From positions 19,821-83,820 of the forward strand of contig JAZHVR010000013.1 in assembly GCA_036453165.1 (NCBI GenBank): 64,000 bases of DNA, given 5' to 3'. Positions 39,602 through 48,516 of this stretch are shown here, piece after piece. This stretch comes from Eubacteriales bacterium. Its GTDB lineage: Bacteria; Bacillota; Clostridia; Lachnospirales; Lachnospiraceae. How positions within the stretch are numbered: the first letter of the stretch is position 1; every line of letters begins with the position of its first letter. Both the position numbers and the translations under genes were made by a program. The notes beneath the pieces were generated by a model. The model was not told the origin of the DNA. It did not search any database and worked only from the letters and a program-made list of their open reading frames with translations.

Positions 39602-41393
39602 GATTTTGAAGGAAGATATGCACAGGCGCTTCTGGCTTTTTATACTGACCCTCGCCGTGGGATTTCTGATCCTCCCGATCCTTACTTTCAGCAGGATCAA
39701 TATGACACTGAAGGATATCGAGGCCGGCTATGGAACTTTATTGTCAGCCCGTGAAAGTATACAGAGCTTTATGTCTGAATTGAGCGGATGTTCATCTGTA
39801 TTGATGACATTTGGAGCCTTCATCGCGGCGATGATCGCTGTTGTGTCTGGATACTCATGGCTGAATTCGCAGGAGCAGGTCGATATCTGGCACAGTTTTC
39901 CTGTAAGCAGGCAGTGGATCCGCAATACGACGGATCTTTCTTCTGTTCTTCTCTGTGTTGTTCCGTATATCATTAATCAGCTGCTGGCGGTGATTCTGGT
40001 ACCGGCGGTGACGGGAGTGCTGAGCGGCGACATTGTGACAGATGGGCTGAAGGCGATGCTGCTCTTCATCCTGGAATTTCTCGCTGTGTATTTCATCGCA
40101 GAGATGGGAATGATGCTTTCGGGAAGAACAGGAATCGGCATTCTCCTTGCGTGTCTGATCCTGTTTTATATCCCTGCGGTAAGTCTCGTTATAGGCGCCT
40201 ATATCGATACCTGCTTTGATACGCTGATTGCTTCCTCTATGGCTGTCGGGATGGATTTTTCTCCGGTCACGCTCCTTCTTCAGGAAACTGACGGTCAGAT
40301 AGCGTACAGGACGGCACTGATCCTGCTGCTGGTCATGGCAGTACTGGGCTGCCTGATCGACAGAATCATTTATGAAAGAAGACCTTCGGAAGCAGCCGGA
40401 AACGCCGTCACTTTTGAATGGCTCCGCCCGGTGATAAAAATCATCGTCATTATTCCGGGATCTCTAGGCATTGCGATCATACTGAGTTCGATTATGGTTT
40501 ATTCCGGTGTCAACAAGGTGCTGCTCGTAGCGGCGGCCATTGTGAGCGCTGTTATCATCGACATGGTCGTCGAGCTGATTTTTACGGGAAGTCTCAGAAG
40601 TTTCCAGAAGAACTGGAAGTCTCTTCTGGCTGGTATTGCATCCGTTTTGTGCATTGTCATCTTCTTCGCGGCAGACCCCTTTGGTATCAACAGCTATCTT
40701 CCGGAGAAATCCGAGATCGCCGAAATGGCATATTATAATCCTTCTGCTTCGCTGAGCGCTTATGGCTCGGTTTATCAGTCAGATAGTGTTTATGTGCGGG
40801 AGGACAGCAGTTACCTCAGTAAAAAAATGGAAAAATATTATACGGCCGATTATGAGCCGATCTACGATTTTGTTACTGAGGCAGCCGGCAGAGATCTTGA
40901 AGAGGTCGACGCAGATTGCCAGGTCACGATCGGTTACCGGCTGAAAAACGGAAAGACAGTCATCCGTCAGTACTTCATCACGATGGATGAAGAAGAAGCA
41001 ATCTGGGATGCCTGCAAAGACGATGAAGATTTTCTTATGAATAATAATCCGGTCATGAGTCTGGATGCGTCTGATTACAATCAGATAACTCTGATCGACG
41101 GCGATTATTCGGATTCGGTTGACCTCAATCTGTCGGAAGAAGAAACAGAGGAACTGGTGGAATGTCTGAAGCAGGACAGCATTAACTATACGCCGTTCGA
41201 ACTTAATGATGAGCAGATCATCGCTTACATTGATCTCAGCGAGATTGAGAAAAATAACGCGGATTCCGAGACTACAGATTACGCAGAAGTATATCTCTAT
41301 CAGGGATATGACAATACCTGGTCCTTGCTGTCCGGACTCTCTGACGAGAAAGTAACGAAGTTAGTGGATAGCGTTATGACGGAGGATTCATGA
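39576..41393 (+). CDS. ABC-2-type permease with large C-terminal extramembrane domain
   Basis: About 11 hydrophobic segments; HSFPVSR motif; follows the ATPase. Confidence 0.8.
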   Translation: MTSRVSFRKILKEDMHRRFWLFILTLAVGFLILPILTFSRINMTLKDIEAGYGTLLSARESIQSFMSELSGCSSVLMTFGAFIAAMIAVVSGYSWLNSQEQVDIWHSFPVSRQWIRNTTDLSSVLLCVVPYIINQLLAVILVPAVTGVLSGDIVTDGLKAMLLFILEFLAVYFIAEMGMMLSGRTGIGILLACLILFYIPAVSLVIGAYIDTCFDTLIASSMAVGMDFSPVTLLLQETDGQIAYRTALILLLVMAVLGCLIDRIIYERRPSEAAGNAVTFEWLRPVIKIIVIIPGSLGIAIILSSIMVYSGVNKVLLVAAAIVSAVIIDMVVELIFTGSLRSFQKNWKSLLAGIASVLCIVIFFAADPFGINSYLPEKSEIAEMAYYNPSASLSAYGSVYQSDSVYVREDSSYLSKKMEKYYTADYEPIYDFVTEAAGRDLEEVDADCQVTIGYRLKNGKTVIRQYFITMDEEEAIWDACKDDEDFLMNNNPVMSLDASDYNQITLIDGDYSDSVDLNLSEEETEELVECLKQDSINYTPFELNDEQIIAYIDLSEIEKNNADSETTDYAEVYLYQGYDNTWSLLSGLSDEKVTKLVDSVMTEDS

Positions 41394-42718
41394 TGAAGAA
41401 AAATAAAAAGGCGATGATCGTTGTCGTTCTCGTTGTGATTGCTGCGGCAGCCGCACTGTTGTATTTTGCCGTTTTCAGAAAGCAAAGCAGCTCAGACAAC
41501 GACAGCACAGCCTATGTGGAGACGGTCTCGAACCTGATGGACACAGGTGTCACAGGACTTGTCAATCAGTACGCCGGCGTTGTTGAATCGCAGGAAACAT
41601 GGTCTGTGAGCAGGAACAGCGATGCTGAGGTGGCTGAAGTCACGGTAAAGGTTGGAGATACTGTGAAAAAGGGCGACGTACTTTTTGTTTATGATATCTC
41701 CTCCTATCAGTCCCAGCTCGATCAGGCCAATATCGACCTGCAGCGGCTCAACAATGAGCTTGAGACGATGAACAGCACACTGGCAGAGCTCCAGAAGCAG
41801 CAGAAAAAAGCGGCGGCATCTGAGCAGGCAAATTACACGATTCAGGTACAGCAACAGCAGCTCTCCATTCAGCAGAAGCAGCTCGAAATTCAGAGCAAGC
41901 AGGCAGATATCGACAAGCTGAATGAGAACATCAGCAATAATCAGGTGACGGCCGGGATCGACGGCGTCGTGAAATCAATCAGCGACGGGACGTCGCAGAA
42001 TGCTGATTCGACGGATACCTCTTTTATTACAATCATGAAGACAGGTGACCTCCGCGTAAAGGGAACTGTCAATGAACAGAATATCGGCTCTCTGACGGAG
42101 GGCTCCGACGTCATCATCCGCTCACGCGTCGACAGCGAAAAGACCTGGAAGGGAAAAATCACAAAGATCGATACGGAAAACGCCGAGAGCAATCAGAACG
42201 AGATGTACTACAGTTCGTGGGACAGCTCAACGACAAGTTCCAAATATCCTTTCTATGTCGACCTGGACAGCAGTGACGGGCTCATGATGGGGCAGCATGT
42301 CTACATTGAGCCGGATTACGGTGAACAGGACACGGTAGACAAGTCTGAGGGAATCTGGATTGGAAGCTTCTATGTGGACCAGACCGACCCGGATCATCCG
42401 TTTGTGTGGGCTGACAACGGAAAGGGAAAGCTCGAAAAACGTGATGTGACTCTGGGTGAAAAGGATGAGATGATGGACGAGGTTCAGATTACGGACGGAC
42501 TCTCAAAGGATGACAGCATCGCTTATCCGGATGGAACGCTTTTTGAAGGGGAGAAAACGGCGCCGATGTCCGAGATGCCTGTCGAAGATGTGCTTTCGGA
42601 CAGCGCCTATACCGGGGACGTCATGAGCGAATCTGTAACTTCAATGTCGTCTGCTGACGAGGTCGTGAGTGATTCTGCCGATTTATCTTCCTCCTCTGCT
42701 GAGGGGATTGTTTACTGA
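41390..42718 (+). CDS. Membrane fusion (efflux adaptor, HlyD/YknX-like) protein 1
   Basis: N-terminal anchor, VKVGDTVKKGDVL biotinyl-like motif, coiled coil, C-terminal ITDGLS. Confidence 0.85.
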   Translation: MMKKNKKAMIVVVLVVIAAAAALLYFAVFRKQSSSDNDSTAYVETVSNLMDTGVTGLVNQYAGVVESQETWSVSRNSDAEVAEVTVKVGDTVKKGDVLFVYDISSYQSQLDQANIDLQRLNNELETMNSTLAELQKQQKKAAASEQANYTIQVQQQQLSIQQKQLEIQSKQADIDKLNENISNNQVTAGIDGVVKSISDGTSQNADSTDTSFITIMKTGDLRVKGTVNEQNIGSLTEGSDVIIRSRVDSEKTWKGKITKIDTENAESNQNEMYYSSWDSSTTSSKYPFYVDLDSSDGLMMGQHVYIEPDYGEQDTVDKSEGIWIGSFYVDQTDPDHPFVWADNGKGKLEKRDVTLGEKDEMMDEVQITDGLSKDDSIAYPDGTLFEGEKTAPMSEMPVEDVLSDSAYTGDVMSESVTSMSSADEVVSDSADLSSSSAEGIVY

Positions 42719-42736
42719 CATGCGGGAGGTGCAGAA

Positions 42737-43441
42737 ATGATTCTCGAATGCAGAGATATTTGTAAGAGCTACTTCCAGGGAAAGATGGAATTTCCGGTCC
42801 TCCACCACATTAACTTTGAGATGGAGGAGGGAGAGTATGTGGCTATCATGGGCCCTTCGGGTTCCGGCAAGTCGACGCTGATGAATCTGATCGGCTGTCT
42901 CGACCGGCCGACGTCAGGAAAACTGTTTCTCGACGGGACGGACGTGTCGGGGTGCAATGACAATCAGCTGGCTGATCTCCGTCTGGAAAAAATCGGATTT
43001 GTTTTTCAGACATTTGAGCTGCTCGCCTATCAGACAGCGATCCAGAATGTTGAGCTTCCTCTGACGTATGCCGGTGTACCGCGTTCCGAGAGGAGAGCAA
43101 GGGCGGCGGAGGCACTGAAGATGGTTGGGCTTGAAGACCGCATGGATCACAGACCTTCTCAGCTTTCCGGCGGGCAGAAACAGCGCGTTGCCATCGCGCG
43201 TGCGCTGATCAATCATCCGAAGCTTCTGCTGGCGGATGAGCCGACGGGCGCTCTGGATTCCAAATCGGGACAGCAGGTGATGGAGATTTTTCAGCAGCTT
43301 AACGAGGGCGGTACGACAGTCCTGATGATCACACATGACCCGCGCATTGCGGCTCATGCGAAGAGACTTGTGATGATTGAGGACGGGATTTTGACATCTG
43401 TGGATAATTCCGGGAGTATCCCAGAGGAGGTGACGAAATGA
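42737..43441 (+). CDS. ABC ATP-binding protein (MacB/LolD family)
   Basis: Motifs GPSGSGKST, LSGGQKQRVAIARAL, ADEPTGALD and ITHD. Confidence 0.95.
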   Translation: MILECRDICKSYFQGKMEFPVLHHINFEMEEGEYVAIMGPSGSGKSTLMNLIGCLDRPTSGKLFLDGTDVSGCNDNQLADLRLEKIGFVFQTFELLAYQTAIQNVELPLTYAGVPRSERRARAAEALKMVGLEDRMDHRPSQLSGGQKQRVAIARALINHPKLLLADEPTGALDSKSGQQVMEIFQQLNEGGTTVLMITHDPRIAAHAKRLVMIEDGILTSVDNSGSIPEEVTK

Positions 43442-45516
43442 TCACGAAGAAAAGAGTGATTTCGGTAATCGTCACAGCCGCTATTATCGCCGGCGCGGGT
43501 GTGGGCATCGGAACGGCCGTGAAGGTGACAACGCAGACGGGAACAGTCACCGTTGTCCAGGTGTCATCGCTGAATTACGGAGGCGGATATTATTCTGGAG
43601 ATACAGCAGACGGCACCGTTTCAACCGATGCCACGCAGAATTTTTATCTCAACAGTTCAGAAACTGTTAAAGAGGTCAATGTCAGAGAAGGACAGAAGGT
43701 CAGCGAGGGCGATGTCCTGCTGACGCTTGACACGCAGAAAACGGCGATCGGACTTGAGCAGGAAAAACTCAATCACAAGCAGATCGAGCTTGATATTGAG
43801 GTGGCAGAGAAGAATCTGGAGACGCTCGGAAAATTGAAACCCGTGTCGGATACGTCTGACACGGACGGAGGCGACTATATCGATCCTGTTGTTCCAGATG
43901 ATACATATTCAGACAGTACAGATACCAATGGCACCGACACAGATGATGAAGATACAGCTGACAAAGAGATGAAGACCTGGGAAAAGATCATCACCAGAGC
44001 GGCGGTGGATGCATATTCCGGCGATGGAGATGGTTCAGCTGAGAATCCTTATGTTTTCAGGGTGAGCCCTGATTCAGATGGAAAAGTTACTATTGATCCA
44101 TCGTTTATCAGCGCACTGCAGAATAAGAGCGGTGCCGACGCTTCGAACATTTATTTCTGTCTTCAGAAGTACGACAGTGACGGAATCCTCGAGAGCGCCT
44201 GGATCGGCGATGCGTCGCGGATGAGTACTGATTCCGCAGAGAAGATCAGCATGACATCCGGTATATCTTCGAGTGAGCTCTCGGTGTCCGAGATCGCCGC
44301 GATCCTCTCAGGAATGGATCTGTCAGAAGCGGATAAGGAAGCAATACGCAAGGCGGCCGGGATCACAGAGAACACCGTGACGCCGACGCCTACAGCGACG
44401 CCGACACCCACTGCAACCCCGACACCCTCGACAACGCCGTCGGTAACTCCGACCACAACACCCGAGCCGACAGTGACACCGGAAACTTCGTCTTCTACAG
44501 GCACAAGTCTGAAAGAGAGCGGAGTATCCGGCGCTGTGACGGCGGGATACAGGGTGGCGGTTCCGATGGGAACATACAACGTTTCAGTTGTGTCCGATAC
44601 ACCGAGAGCATCAACAGCGTATACTGCAACGGCATCAGGCATCCTTACAGCAGTAAATGATGTGGTAAGCAGCGACGAAAGCAGCTCAGAGGACGGCTCG
44701 GAAAGCAGTTCAGGGAGCAGCACAGATATGGGAAGCTCAGACAGCGGACTCATCTCTTCTGACGCGGAATATACGGCGGATGAACTGAAGCAGGCCAAAG
44801 AGGATGAACAGGAAAAGCTTGACGATCTGAAGCTTGATCTGAAGGAATCTGACCTGAAGATCGCCCAGACACAGAAAGATCTCGACGCCGGAACGATTAC
44901 GGCAAAGATGGATGGCATTGTGAAGAAGGTCGGGGATCCGGAAAATCCGCCGACAGACGGAAGCGCTTTTCTGACGGTGACAGGTTCTGAAGGACTTTAT
45001 GTCACAGGATATATCGCCGAAAATAAACTGGATTCCGTCCACGAGGGCGATACAGTCGAGGTGACAAGCTGGACCACAGGCAGCATGTATGAAGCGACGA
45101 TCAAGACGATTTCTTCCTATCCGGATGACAGCGGACAGTACAGCTATGACACGACGAATTCTTATTATCCGTTCACAGCATACATTGATTCTTCGGACGC
45201 ACAGCTGGAAAATGGAGAGTCGCTGCAGATTCAGTTTATGAATGACTCGTCAGAGGAACAGGATGCGGAAAGCGGCGATCTTTACCTGTCAAAGGCCTTC
45301 ATCCGTGAGTCGGGCGGACAGAAATATGTATTAAAACGAGGTGATGATGGAAAGCTGGTAAAGCAGACGATCACCGTCGGAAAGCTCTCGGATGATTCCT
45401 ATGAGATCAAAGACGGACTCACCGCTGATGACTGGATCGCGTTCCCTTACGGCAGCGCTGCAAAAGAAGGCGCAGAGACACGTGAAGGTACGCTGGAAGA
45501 CCTTTATAACGAATAA
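43438..45516 (+). CDS. Membrane fusion protein 2 with large insertion (acidic, Thr-Pro-rich and Ser-rich segments)
   Basis: Motifs VREGQKVSEGDVLL, ITAKMDGIVKKV and EIKDGLT; TPTPTATPTPTATPTP linker. Confidence 0.8.
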   Translation: MITKKRVISVIVTAAIIAGAGVGIGTAVKVTTQTGTVTVVQVSSLNYGGGYYSGDTADGTVSTDATQNFYLNSSETVKEVNVREGQKVSEGDVLLTLDTQKTAIGLEQEKLNHKQIELDIEVAEKNLETLGKLKPVSDTSDTDGGDYIDPVVPDDTYSDSTDTNGTDTDDEDTADKEMKTWEKIITRAAVDAYSGDGDGSAENPYVFRVSPDSDGKVTIDPSFISALQNKSGADASNIYFCLQKYDSDGILESAWIGDASRMSTDSAEKISMTSGISSSELSVSEIAAILSGMDLSEADKEAIRKAAGITENTVTPTPTATPTPTATPTPSTTPSVTPTTTPEPTVTPETSSSTGTSLKESGVSGAVTAGYRVAVPMGTYNVSVVSDTPRASTAYTATASGILTAVNDVVSSDESSSEDGSESSSGSSTDMGSSDSGLISSDAEYTADELKQAKEDEQEKLDDLKLDLKESDLKIAQTQKDLDAGTITAKMDGIVKKVGDPENPPTDGSAFLTVTGSEGLYVTGYIAENKLDSVHEGDTVEVTSWTTGSMYEATIKTISSYPDDSGQYSYDTTNSYYPFTAYIDSSDAQLENGESLQIQFMNDSSEEQDAESGDLYLSKAFIRESGGQKYVLKRGDDGKLVKQTITVGKLSDDSYEIKDGLTADDWIAFPYGSAAKEGAETREGTLEDLYNE

Positions 45517-45530
45517 GGAGCGCAGAAAAA

Positions 45531-46799
45531 ATGGGTGAAAATATTATACTTGCATTCCAGGGAATCTGGGCTCACAAGATGCGCTCGTTCCTGACAATGC
45601 TCGGCGTGATCATCGGAATCGCATCGATCATCGCCATTGTGTCGACGATCCAGGGGACAAACGAGCAGATCATGCAGGATCTGATCGGGGATGGGAATAA
45701 CAACGTAAAAATCACGCTGAAACAGGGCGAAGAAGATTATTACATGGACAATGGTCTCCCTGAAGGAGTGACGCCTGTGACAGACGATCAGGAGGAGCGG
45801 ATCCGCGATCTCGATGACGTGCAGGACGCGTCCTTTTACTATTCGAGAACCTATGCTGACGGCATCAGCGCAGGAAATGTGAGTCTCAGCTCCGGTTCCG
45901 TCTATGGCGTGGACAATCATTATCTCACGACGACCGGATATCAGGTTTACAGCGGGAGGCCGTTTATCGACAGGGATTTTTCCAACAGCACCAAGGTGTG
46001 TCTTCTGGATGAAACGGCGGCTTATGCTCTTTTCCCCGACGGTGACGCGGTGGGAAAGACTGTCGATATGAGAGGAGAGCCGTTTACTGTCGTTGGTCTC
46101 ATCACGAAGGGCAATTCTGAAAATCTTTCGATAAATTCGCTTCAGGACTACTACACAAATATGGAATCCAATTCGGGCATTATCCTGATTCCCGACGTCG
46201 ACTGGCCGATCATCTATAACTACGATGAGCCGCTGAACTGCGTGGCGCGGGCGAAGGAAACCTCACAGATGAGCAATGTGGGAAAGGAAGCCGAAAGCAT
46301 TATGCAGGAATCCATTGCATCGACGGGGAGCAGCAGTGACAGCGACAGTGCGATCACCTACAAGGCCGAAGACCTGCTCGAGAAAGCGAAAAATCAGCAG
46401 CAGCTTGCGTCAAGCACAAATAATCTGCTGATCTGGATCGCCAGCATCGCACTTCTTGTCGGCGGAATCGGCGTCATGAACATCATGCTCGTTTCTGTCA
46501 CGGAGCGGACAAATGAGATAGGACTGAAAAAGGCGCTCGGGGCAAGAAAGCGCAGGATCATGAGCCAGTTCCTCACCGAATCCGTTGTTCTCACAAGTCT
46601 CGGAGGAATCCTCGGCGTCGGCGGCGGAATCATCCTCGCGGAGATCATCTCCAAAACGTCGGGCATTCCTGTCGCCATCAGCGTTCCGTCAATCATCGTC
46701 GGCGTCGGATTCTCGATGCTCATCGGTGTAATCTTCGGAATCCTGCCGGCACGAAAAGCTGCGAATCTCGATCCAATCGAGGCACTGAGGCGCGAGTAA
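45531..46799 (+). CDS. MacB/FtsX family ABC permease
   Basis: Motifs MRSFLTMLGVIIGIASII, VGGIGVMNIMLVSVTERTNEIG and LDPIEALR. Confidence 0.95.
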   Translation: MGENIILAFQGIWAHKMRSFLTMLGVIIGIASIIAIVSTIQGTNEQIMQDLIGDGNNNVKITLKQGEEDYYMDNGLPEGVTPVTDDQEERIRDLDDVQDASFYYSRTYADGISAGNVSLSSGSVYGVDNHYLTTTGYQVYSGRPFIDRDFSNSTKVCLLDETAAYALFPDGDAVGKTVDMRGEPFTVVGLITKGNSENLSINSLQDYYTNMESNSGIILIPDVDWPIIYNYDEPLNCVARAKETSQMSNVGKEAESIMQESIASTGSSSDSDSAITYKAEDLLEKAKNQQQLASSTNNLLIWIASIALLVGGIGVMNIMLVSVTERTNEIGLKKALGARKRRIMSQFLTESVVLTSLGGILGVGGGIILAEIISKTSGIPVAISVPSIIVGVGFSMLIGVIFGILPARKAANLDPIEALRRE

Positions 46800-46809
46800 A
46801 TTATTAAAG

Positions 46810-47094
46810 AGCCTTCCAGCCCACAACGTTTTGAGGATGCGCAGAGGTTTTCAGACGCGACATCCGCAAGCGTCGGTGCTTATGCGTTTCTACGAGTGCT
46901 GCCAGACGTACGAATTAACAGCGAAGCACACCGAAGGCGTGCACGAGCTGGAAAATTCGTATGGCTGGATAGCGCGACAGCGCGATATCGAGCAGCTTGC
47001 TGCGAGATGCAGCACTTGCACCGCTACGCTGAGGACAAGCGAGAGCGCGTCGCGTATGAAAGCCTTGCGCATCTCTGTTGTGGGCTGGAAGGCT
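46810..47094 (+). repeat. Dispersed nested palindromic element, copy 4, with module C nested inside; 18-bp perfect terminal inverted repeat
   Basis: AGCCTTCCAGCCCACAAC (46810-46827) and GTTGTGGGCTGGAAGGCT (47077-47094); lies between convergent genes. Confidence 0.9.
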
Positions 47095-47122
47095 ACGTAT
47101 TGCGAGAGACCTGTGATTCCTT

Positions 47123-47758
47123 TCAGAATCCCAGGTCTTCGCCAACCATGATCACGATGATCCTGCCTTCGTGGCGGGAGTGGCGTGTGATGACTTCCTG
47201 GCAGCAGATGGTGGAGCTTCCATGGCAGTCTGCGCAGACGCCGGTGACGGAGCAGGGCGTTTTGCAGTTCAGACGGACACAGTTCGGCGGGCAGGCAAAG
47301 CTGTGGATGCGGCGGAAGGCGTCTTCCACGTTTTGTGCATATTTATTCATTCCGGTGACGACGATCACGTGTGCCGGACCCTGAATGAGGAAGCATGTGC
47401 GGTTGCCGTTGCCGTCGATGTTGACGAGCTCGCCGTCTTTTGTAAATGCATTTGTGCTCATGAGGAAATAATCGGCCATCATCTGTCTGGCCATCATTTC
47501 ACGTTTTTCCTGAGGCGTCTTTGCGTCCTCACGGTCGATGAATTCATAATTGCCCTTTTTCACGGCATCGAGGATGCCCGTGTCAACAAGTGTCATGGAT
47601 CCTCCATAGCTTACGGATGAACCTTCAGGCATCAGTTCAAGAACTTTCTTTTTAGCTTCTTCACTGCTGTCGACATAGTATGCCTGGATGTTTCTCGCAG
47701 CAAATTTTTTGATCATTGTCTCGCCGAGATGGCGGTAATTTTCCTGTTTCGGTGTCAT
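47123..47758 (-). CDS. LUD-domain lactate utilization protein
   Basis: Motifs SYGGSMTL, FLMSTNAFTKDGELVNIDGNGNR and Cys-rich CVTGVCADC-like segment; AGGAGG ribosome-binding site on the minus strand. Confidence 0.85.
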   Translation of the reverse strand: MTPKQENYRHLGETMIKKFAARNIQAYYVDSSEEAKKKVLELMPEGSSVSYGGSMTLVDTGILDAVKKGNYEFIDREDAKTPQEKREMMARQMMADYFLMSTNAFTKDGELVNIDGNGNRTCFLIQGPAHVIVVTGMNKYAQNVEDAFRRIHSFACPPNCVRLNCKTPCSVTGVCADCHGSSTICCQEVITRHSRHEGRIIVIMVGEDLGF

Positions 47759-47845
47759 CGTTTAGTCCTCCTTTTTTTCTCAAAAATGTTTTATTGCCGC
47801 CGTTCTTTATCCGGCGTTTCAGCGGTGGAATGAAAGCGGCGATTC

Positions 47846-47874
47846 TTGCATATCTGTTGCGTTTTTATTATACT
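47846..47874 (+). promoter_or_regulatory. Candidate promoter of the CBS-argS genes
   Basis: TTGCAT-17 bp-TATACT. Confidence 0.55.
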
Positions 47875-47981
47875 AAAAATCGATGGTGCGGCGGCAGATT
47901 TTTTCTGAAAACGGAAGAAAACGCGGCCGCCCGATTTATGCCACAATGATTTATGTACAATTTTTCTTAGAAGGGGTTAAG

Positions 47982-48449
47982 ATGAATATATTATTTTTTC
48001 TGACACCGAAAGAAGAAGTGTCATATATTGAGACCACGGACACTCTCCGCGGTGCGATTGAAAAACTTGAGTATCACGGTTATACGGCTGTTCCCATCCT
48101 CGATGAGAAGGGCCGCTATGTGGGAACACTGACGGAAGGCGATCTGCTCCGGGTCATCAAGAAAGAGTATGACCTCACACTCCGGAATGCCGAGGACATC
48201 CCGATCACGGACGTTCCGAGGCGCTGGAAGCTGGATCCGGTAAATATCAATGCCGAGATGGATGATCTTCTTAAGACGGCGACGCAGCAGAATTTTGTTC
48301 CGGTCGTCGACGATAATGGCGTTTTTATCGGGATCATCACCAGAAAAACACTGATCCAGTACATGCTCGACACTTACCGCAAGCAGGAGAAGGACGGCGG
48401 GAAGGACCCGCATCAGCCGGAGAATAAGAGAGTCATGGTCGATATGTAA
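47982..48449 (+). CDS. Tandem CBS domain protein (YkuL/DarB-like)
   Basis: Motifs MNILFFLTPK, YTAVPILDEKGRYVGTLTEGD and FVPVVDDNGVFIGIITR. Confidence 0.88.
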   Translation: MNILFFLTPKEEVSYIETTDTLRGAIEKLEYHGYTAVPILDEKGRYVGTLTEGDLLRVIKKEYDLTLRNAEDIPITDVPRRWKLDPVNINAEMDDLLKTATQQNFVPVVDDNGVFIGIITRKTLIQYMLDTYRKQEKDGGKDPHQPENKRVMVDM

Positions 48450-48516
48450 TCAGATCTTTTTTCGGAGATCGAAAAAGTCAGAGACAGAAAAGAGAATGGG
48501 AGGGCCTGGTTTCAGG

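Noticed and set aside
48450-48516. T-box leaders for argS, hisS or aspS
   Set aside because: Intergenic spaces are too short or overlapping, and no T-box sequence (AAGGTGGCACC/AGGGTGGNACCGCG type) was seen.
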